Part shown: positions 11,641 through 19,451 of the stretch, piece by piece
Layout of the letters: the number at the start of each line of letters is the position of its first letter
How positions within the stretch are numbered: the stretch's first letter is position 1
From: a virus
Taxonomy: Duplodnaviria > Heunggongvirae > Uroviricota > Caudoviricetes
Strand: one strand, 5' to 3'
Virus record (IMG/VR): IMGVR_UViG_2576861193_000001
DNA: 19,451 nucleotides
The notes under the pieces: generated by a model
What the model saw: the letters and a program-made list of their open reading frames with translations, nothing else
What the model was told of the DNA's origin: nothing
Databases searched by the model: none
Translations under genes and position numbers: made by a program

Positions 11641-12056
11641 GTTTTGCCCTGAAACTGGCGCGTGAGATGGGGCGACCCGACTGGCGTGCCATGCTTGCCG
11701 GGATGTCATCCACGGAGTATGCCGACTGGCACCGCTTTTACAGTACCCATTATTTTCATGATGTTCTGCTGGATATGCACTTTTCCGGGCTGACGTACAC
11801 CGTGCTCAGCCTGTTTTTCAGCGATCCGGATATGCATCCGCTGGATTTCAGTCTGCTGAACCGGCGCGAGGCTGACGAAGAGCCTGAAGATGATGTGCTG
11901 ATGCAGAAAGCGGCAGGGCTTGCCGGAGGTGTCCGCTTTGGCCCGGACGGGAATGAAGTTATCCCTACTTCCCCGGATGTGGCGGACATGACGGAGGATG
12001 ACGTAATGCTGATGACAGTATCAGAAGGGATCGCAGGAGGAGTCCGGTATGGCTGA
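11218..12056 (+). CDS. GT: Tail assembly chaperone G-T fusion produced by -1 frameshift near 11621/11622
   Basis: G frame joined to the T frame at the slippery site. The T-frame product ...FDGELSFALKLAREMGRPDWRAMLAGMSSTEYADWHRFYSTHYF... is recognised as the lambda gpT portion. T is not expected to be translated independently. Confidence 0.85.
11616..11622 (+). promoter_or_regulatory. Programmed -1 ribosomal frameshift slippery heptamer G GGA AAG (G to G-T)
   Basis: GGGAAAG at 11616..11622 with GGA and AAG in the G zero frame; the -1 frame is open from 11622 to 12056 (the T frame). Matches the lambda G/GT frameshift site (established knowledge). Confidence 0.85.
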
Positions 12057-14628
12057 ACCGGTAGGCGATCTGGTCGTTGATTTGAGTCTGGATGCGGCCA
12101 GATTTGACGAGCAGATGGCCAGAGTCAGGCGTCATTTTTCCGGTACGGAAAGTGATGCGAAAAAAACAGCGGCAGTCGTTGAACAGTCGATGAACCGGCA
12201 GGCGCTGGCTGCACAGAAAGCGGGAATTTCCGTCGGGCAGTATAAAGCCGCCATGCGTATGCTGCCTGCGCAGTTCACTGACGTGGCCACGCAGCTTGCA
12301 GGCGGGCAAAGTCCGTGGCTGATCCTGCTGCAACAGGGGGGTCAGGTGAAGGACTCCTTCGGCGGGATGATCCCCATGTTCCGGGGGCTTGCCGGTGCGA
12401 TCACCCTGCCGATGGTGGGGGCCACCTCGCTGGCGGTGGCGACCGGTGCGCTGGCGTATGCCTGGTATCAGGGCAACTCAACCCTGTCCGATTTCAACAA
12501 AACGCTGGTCCTTTCCGGCAATCAGGCCGGGCTGACGGCAGATCGTATGCTGGTCCTGTCCAGAGCCGGGCAGGCGGCAGGGCTGACGTTTAACCAGACC
12601 AGCGAGTCACTCAGCGCACTGGTTAAGGCGGGGGTAAGCGGTGAGGCTCAGATTGCGTCCATCAGCCAGAGTGTGGCGCGTTTCTCCTCTGCATCCGGCG
12701 TGGAGGTGGACAAGGTCGCTGAAGCCTTCGGGAAGCTGACCACTGACCCGACGTCGGGGCTGACGGCGATGGCACGCCAGTTCCATAACGTGACGGCGGA
12801 GCAGATTGCGTATGTTGCTCAGTTGCAGCGTTCCGGCGATGAAGCCGGGGCATTGCAGGCGGCGAACGAGGCCGCAACGAAAGGGTTTGATGACCAGACC
12901 CGCCGCCTGAAAGAGAACATGGGCACGCTGGAAACCTGGGCAGACAGGACAGCACGGGCATTCAAATCCATGTGGGATTCGGTGCTGGATATTGGTCGCC
13001 CGGACACTGCCCAGGGAATGCTGGAGAAAGCAGAAAAGGCTTTTGATGAGGCGGACAAAAAATGGCAGTGGTATCAGAGCCGGAGCCACCGGCGCGGTAA
13101 AACCTCAGCATTTCTTGCCAATCTCCGGGGAGCATGGGAGGACAGAGCGAATGCGCAACTTGGGCTTTCAGCCGCCACGTTGCAGGCCGATCTTGAAAAG
13201 GCCAGAGAGATGGCAGCAAAGGACTGGGCCGAGTCTGAGGCATCACGGCTGAAATATACCGAAGAGGCGCAGAAGGCTTACGAACGGCTGCAGACGCCGC
13301 TGGAGAAATATACCGCCCGTCAGGAAGAACTGAACAAGGCACTGAAAGACGGGAAAATCCTGCAGGCGGATTACAACACGCTGATGGCGGCGGCGAAAAA
13401 GGATTATGAAGCGACGCTGAAAAAGCCGAAACAGTCCGGCGTGAAGGTGTCTGCGGGCGATCGTCAGGAAGACAGTGCTCATGCTGCCCTGCTGACGCTT
13501 CAGGCAGAACTCCGGACGCTGGAGAAGCATGCCGGAGCAAATGAGAAAATCAGCCAGCAGCGCCGGGATTTGTGGAAGGCGGAGAGTCAGTTCGCGGTAC
13601 TGGAGGAGGCGGCGCAACGTCGCCAGCTGTCTGCACAGGAGAAATCCCTGCTGGCGCATAAAGATGAGACGCTGGAGTACAAACGCCAGCTGGCTGCACT
13701 TGGCGACAAGGTTACGTATCAGGAGCGCCTGAACGCGCTGGCGCAGCAGGCGGATAAATTCGCACAGCAGCAACGGGCAAAACGGGCCGCCATTGATGCG
13801 AAAAGCCGGGGGCTGACTGACCGGCAGGCAGAACGGGAAGCCACGGAACAGCGCCTGAAGGAACAGTATGGCGATAATCCGCTGGCGCTGAATAACGTCA
13901 TGTCAGAGCAGAAAAAGACCTGGGCGGCTGAAGACCAGCTTCGCGGGAGCTGGATGGCAGGCCTGAAGTCCGGCTGGAGTGAGTGGGAAGAGAGCGCCAC
14001 GGACAGTATGTCGCAGGTTAAAAGTGCAGCCACGCAGACCTTTGATGGTATTGCACAGAATATGGCGGCGATGCTGACCGGCAGTGAGCAGAACTGGCGC
14101 AGCTTCACCCGTTCCGTGCTGTCCATGATGACAGAAATTCTGCTTAAGCAGGCAATGGTGGGGATTGTCGGGAGTATCGGCAGCGCCATTGGCGGTGCTG
14201 CCAGTGGTGGAGCATCCGCGTCAGGCGGTACAGCCATTCAGGCCGCTGCGGCGAAATTCCATTTTGCGACCGGGGGATTTACGGGAACCGGCGGCAAATA
14301 TGAGCCAGCGGGGATTGTTCACCGTGGTGAATTTGTCTTCACGAAGGAGGCAACCAGCCGGATTGGTGTCGGCAACCTGTACCGCCTGATGCGGGGCTAT
14401 GCGGAAGGTGGTTATGTGGGCGGTGCCGGAAGTCCGGCGCAGATGCGGCGGGCTGAAGGCATTAATTTTAATCAGAACAATCACGTGGTGATTCAGAACG
14501 ACGGTACGAATGGTCTGCCAGGTCCACAGATGATGAAGGCAGTGTATGACATGGCCCGCAAGGGTGCCCGTGATGAAATTCAGACACAGATGCGTGATGG
14601 TGGCCTGTTCTCCGGAGGTGGACGATGA
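12049..14628 (+). CDS. H: Tail tape measure protein H
   Basis: 859-aa ORF MAEPVGDLVVDLSLDAARFDEQMARVRRHFSGTESDAKKTAAVVEQ... recognised as lambda gpH. AGGAGG precedes the start, which overlaps the T-frame stop. Long Ala/Gln/Glu-rich helical middle and a Gly-rich C-terminus. Confidence 0.96.
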   Translation: MAEPVGDLVVDLSLDAARFDEQMARVRRHFSGTESDAKKTAAVVEQSMNRQALAAQKAGISVGQYKAAMRMLPAQFTDVATQLAGGQSPWLILLQQGGQVKDSFGGMIPMFRGLAGAITLPMVGATSLAVATGALAYAWYQGNSTLSDFNKTLVLSGNQAGLTADRMLVLSRAGQAAGLTFNQTSESLSALVKAGVSGEAQIASISQSVARFSSASGVEVDKVAEAFGKLTTDPTSGLTAMARQFHNVTAEQIAYVAQLQRSGDEAGALQAANEAATKGFDDQTRRLKENMGTLETWADRTARAFKSMWDSVLDIGRPDTAQGMLEKAEKAFDEADKKWQWYQSRSHRRGKTSAFLANLRGAWEDRANAQLGLSAATLQADLEKAREMAAKDWAESEASRLKYTEEAQKAYERLQTPLEKYTARQEELNKALKDGKILQADYNTLMAAAKKDYEATLKKPKQSGVKVSAGDRQEDSAHAALLTLQAELRTLEKHAGANEKISQQRRDLWKAESQFAVLEEAAQRRQLSAQEKSLLAHKDETLEYKRQLAALGDKVTYQERLNALAQQADKFAQQQRAKRAAIDAKSRGLTDRQAEREATEQRLKEQYGDNPLALNNVMSEQKKTWAAEDQLRGSWMAGLKSGWSEWEESATDSMSQVKSAATQTFDGIAQNMAAMLTGSEQNWRSFTRSVLSMMTEILLKQAMVGIVGSIGSAIGGAASGGASASGGTAIQAAAAKFHFATGGFTGTGGKYEPAGIVHRGEFVFTKEATSRIGVGNLYRLMRGYAEGGYVGGAGSPAQMRRAEGINFNQNNHVVIQNDGTNGLPGPQMMKAVYDMARKGARDEIQTQMRDGGLFSGGGR

Positions 14629-14954
14629 AAACCTTCCGCTGGAAAGTGAAACCCGGTATGGATGTGGCTTCGGCCCCTTCTGTAAGAAAGGTGCGCTTTG
14701 GTGATGGCTATTCCCAGCGAGCGCCTGCCGGGCTGAATGCCAACCTGAAAACGTACAGCGTGACGCTTTCTGTCCCCCGTGAGGAGGCCACGGTACTGGA
14801 GTCGTTTCTGGAAGAGCACGGGGGCTGGAAAGCCTTTCTGTGGACGCCGCCTTATGAGTGGCGGCAGATAAAGGTGACCTGCGCAAAATGGTCGTCGCGG
14901 GTCAGTATGCTGCGTGTTGAGTTCAGCGCAGAGTTTGAACAGGTGGTGAACTGA
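14625..14954 (+). CDS. M: Tail tip protein M
   Basis: 109-aa ORF MKTFRWKVKPGMDVASAPSVRKVRFGDGYSQRAPAGLNANLKTY... recognised as lambda gpM. ATGA overlap with the H stop. Confidence 0.96.
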   Translation: MKTFRWKVKPGMDVASAPSVRKVRFGDGYSQRAPAGLNANLKTYSVTLSVPREEATVLESFLEEHGGWKAFLWTPPYEWRQIKVTCAKWSSRVSMLRVEFSAEFEQVVN

Positions 14955-15652
14955 TGCAGGATATCCGGCAGGAAACACTGAATGAATGCACCCGTGCGGA
15001 GCAGTCGGCCAGCGTGGTGCTCTGGGAAATCGACCTGACAGAGGTCGGTGGAGAACGTTATTTTTTCTGTAATGAGCTGAACGAAAAAGGTGAGCCGGTC
15101 ACCTGGCAGGGGCGACAGTATCAGCCGTATCCCATTCAGGGGAGTGGTTTTGAACTGAATGGCAAAGGCACCAGTACGCGCCCCACGCTGACGGTTTCTA
15201 ACCTGTACGGTATGGTCACCGGGATGGCGGAAGATCTGCAGAGTCTGGTCGGCGGAACGGTGGTCCGGCGTAAGGTTTACGCCCGTTTTCTGGATGCGGT
15301 GAACTTCGTTAACGGAAACAGTGACGCCGATCCGGAGCAGGAGGTGATCAGCCGCTGGCGCATCGAGCAGTGCAGCGAACTGAGCGCGGTGAGTGCCTCC
15401 TTTGTACTGTCCACGCCGACGGAAACAGATGGCGCTGTTTTTCCGGGACGTATCATGCTGGCCAACACCTGCACCTGGACCTATCGCGGCGATGAGTGCG
15501 GTTATCACGGTCCGGCGGTCGCGGATGAATATGACCAGACAACGTCCGATATCACGAAGGATAAATGCAGCAAATGCCTGAGTGGCTGTAAGTTTCGCAA
15601 TAACGTCGGCAACTTTGGCGGCTTCCTTTCCATTAACAAACTTTCGCAGTAA
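14954..15652 (+). CDS. L: Tail tip protein L (C-terminal Cys cluster)
   Basis: 232-aa ORF MQDIRQETLNECTRAEQSASVVLWEIDLTEVGGERYFF... recognised as lambda gpL. C-terminal CSKCLSGCKF cysteine cluster is consistent with the reported Fe-S site. Start overlaps the M stop (TGATG). Confidence 0.96.
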   Translation: MQDIRQETLNECTRAEQSASVVLWEIDLTEVGGERYFFCNELNEKGEPVTWQGRQYQPYPIQGSGFELNGKGTSTRPTLTVSNLYGMVTGMAEDLQSLVGGTVVRRKVYARFLDAVNFVNGNSDADPEQEVISRWRIEQCSELSAVSASFVLSTPTETDGAVFPGRIMLANTCTWTYRGDECGYHGPAVADEYDQTTSDITKDKCSKCLSGCKFRNNVGNFGGFLSINKLSQ

Positions 15653-15657
15653 ATCCC

Positions 15658-16401
15658 ATGACACAGACAGAATCAGCGATTCTGGCGCACGCCCGGCGAT
15701 GTGCGCCAGCGGAGTCGTGCGGCTTCGTGGTAAGCACGCCGGAGGGGGAAAGATATTTCCCCTGCGTGAATATCTCCGGTGAGCCGGAGGCGTATTTCCG
15801 TATGTCGCCGGAGGACTGGCTGCAGGCAGAAATGCAGGGTGAGATTGTGGCGCTGGTCCACAGCCACCCCGGTGGTCTGCCCTGGCTGAGTGAGACTGAC
15901 CGGCGGCTGCAGGTGCAGAGTGATTTGCCGTGGTGGCTGGTCTGCCGGGGGACGATTCATAAGTTCCGCTGTGTGCCGCATCTCACCGGGCGGCGCTTTG
16001 AGCACGGTGTGACGGACTGTTACACACTGTTCCGGGATGCTTATCATCTGGCGGGGATTGAGATGCCGGACTTTCATCGTGAGGATGACTGGTGGCGTAA
16101 CGGCCAGAATCTCTATCTGGATAATCTGGAGGCCACAGGGCTGTATCAGGTGCCGTTGTCATCAGCACAACCGGGCGATGTGCTGCTGTGCTGTTTTGGT
16201 TCATCGGTGCCGAATCATGCCGCCATTTACTGTGGTGATGGCGAGCTGCTGCACCATATTCCTGAACAACTGAGCAAACGAGAGAGGTATACCGACAAAT
16301 GGCAGCGACGCACACACTCCCTCTGGCGTCACCGGGCATGGCGCGCATCTGCCTTTACGGGGATTTACAACGATTTGGCCGCCGCATCGACCTTCGTGTG
16401 A
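15658..16401 (+). CDS. K: Tail tip assembly protein K (JAMM/MPN-like domain followed by NlpC/P60-like domain); start ambiguous (15658 vs 15802)
   Basis: Open frame from ATG 15658 (6 nt after the L stop) to TGA 16401. A complete JAMM motif HSHPGGLPWLSETD (H-x-H-x7-S-x2-D) with an upstream Glu (AESCGF) is intact only if translation starts at 15658. The classical 199-aa lambda K would start at the internal ATG 15802. C-terminal Cys/His motifs (TDCYTLF, NHAAIY) suggest NlpC/P60. Confidence 0.85.
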   Translation: MTQTESAILAHARRCAPAESCGFVVSTPEGERYFPCVNISGEPEAYFRMSPEDWLQAEMQGEIVALVHSHPGGLPWLSETDRRLQVQSDLPWWLVCRGTIHKFRCVPHLTGRRFEHGVTDCYTLFRDAYHLAGIEMPDFHREDDWWRNGQNLYLDNLEATGLYQVPLSSAQPGDVLLCCFGSSVPNHAAIYCGDGELLHHIPEQLSKRERYTDKWQRRTHSLWRHRAWRASAFTGIYNDLAAASTFV

Positions 16402-16970
16402 AAACGGGGGCTGAAGCCATCCGCGCACTGGCCACACAGCTCCCGGCGTTTCGTCAGAAACTGAGCGACGGCTGGTATCAGGTACGGATTGCCGGGCAGG
16501 ATGTCAGCACGTCCGGATTAACGGCGCAGTTACATGAGACTCTGCCTGATGGCGCTGTGATTCATATTGTTCCCAGAGTCGCCGGGGCCAAGTCAGGTGG
16601 CGTATTCCAGATTGTCCTGGGGGCTGCCGCCATTGCCGGATCATTCTTTACCGCCGGGGCCACCCTTGCAGCATGGGGGGCAGCCATTGGGGCCGGTGGT
16701 ATGACCGGCATCCTGTTTTCTCTCGGTGCCAGTATGGTGCTCGGTGGTGTGGCGCAGATGCTGGCACCGAAAGCCAGAACTCCCCGTACACAGACAACGG
16801 ATAACGGCAAACAGAACACCTATTTCTCCTCACTGGATAACATGGTTGCCCAGGGCAATGTTCTGCCGGTTCTGTACGGTGAAATGCGCGTGGGGTCGCG
16901 GGTGGTCTCTCAGGAGATCAGCACGGCAGACGAAGGGGATGGTGGTCAGGTTGTGGTGATTGGTCGCTGA
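16299..16970 (+). CDS. I: Tail tip assembly protein I
   Basis: 223-aa ORF MAATHTLPLASPGMARICLYGDLQRFGRRIDLRVKTGAEAIRALA... recognised as lambda gpI. Overlaps the K 3' end by 103 nt in a different frame. Confidence 0.95.
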   Translation: MAATHTLPLASPGMARICLYGDLQRFGRRIDLRVKTGAEAIRALATQLPAFRQKLSDGWYQVRIAGQDVSTSGLTAQLHETLPDGAVIHIVPRVAGAKSGGVFQIVLGAAAIAGSFFTAGATLAAWGAAIGAGGMTGILFSLGASMVLGGVAQMLAPKARTPRTQTTDNGKQNTYFSSLDNMVAQGNVLPVLYGEMRVGSRVVSQEISTADEGDGGQVVVIGR

Positions 16971-16987
16971 TGAAAAACGTTTATGTG

Positions 16988-17015
16988 AAACCGCCTCCGG
17001 GCGGTTTTGTCGTTT
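16988..17015 (+). terminator. Intrinsic-terminator-like hairpin between I and J (AAACCGCC-tccg-GGCGGTTT followed by T-rich tract)
   Basis: 8-bp stem 16988..16995 / 17000..17007, 4-nt loop, then TTTTGTCGTTT. Seen directly; function inferred. Confidence 0.45.
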
Positions 17016-17026
17016 ATGGAGCGTGA

Positions 17027-19451
<2,425 letters not shown>

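Noticed and set aside
11622-12056. Independent T gene starting at GTG 11622
   Set aside because: The GTG is part of the G slippery site. This frame is reached by the -1 frameshift as the G-T fusion, not by independent initiation.
12607-14886. Several minus-strand ORFs (99 to 221 aa) antisense to H and M
   Set aside because: All lie entirely within the tape measure and M coding region, have no RBS or recognisable motifs, and their low-complexity Ala/Ser/Pro-rich translations are typical of antisense reading of GC-rich genes.
14852-15664. 270-aa minus-strand ORF antisense to L
   Set aside because: Antisense to a confidently identified tail gene; no independent support.

Overview
This window is the cos site plus the complete head and tail morphogenesis module of a phage-lambda-like (lambdoid siphovirus) genome, read across the joined right and left ends, so the DNA is in prophage, circular or concatemeric form. 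On the + strand, cosQ/cosN/cosB is followed by an unbroken late-operon series collinear with phage lambda: Nu1, A, W, B, C (with nested Nu3), D, E, FI, FII, Z, U, V, G and G-T (via a -1 frameshift), H, M, L, K, I and the first ~807 codons of J. These calls rest on my recollection of the lambda proteins and gene order, not on a database search; I see no tRNA, rRNA, CRISPR array or insertion sequence. The only part that is not textbook is the AT-rich cos-proximal 1.5 kb (1..1500). It carries two minus-strand genes antisense to the late transcript: a ribbon-helix-helix protein that looks YlcI/YnfO-like and a 136-141 aa protein of unknown function. It also has a 23-codon ORF with a canonical Shine-Dalgarno sequence and several inverted repeats. 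That two-gene cassette is the best candidate for an uncharacterised accessory (moron) function, but the evidence is context and fold pattern only. I found no strong evidence of a novel multi-gene system in this window.
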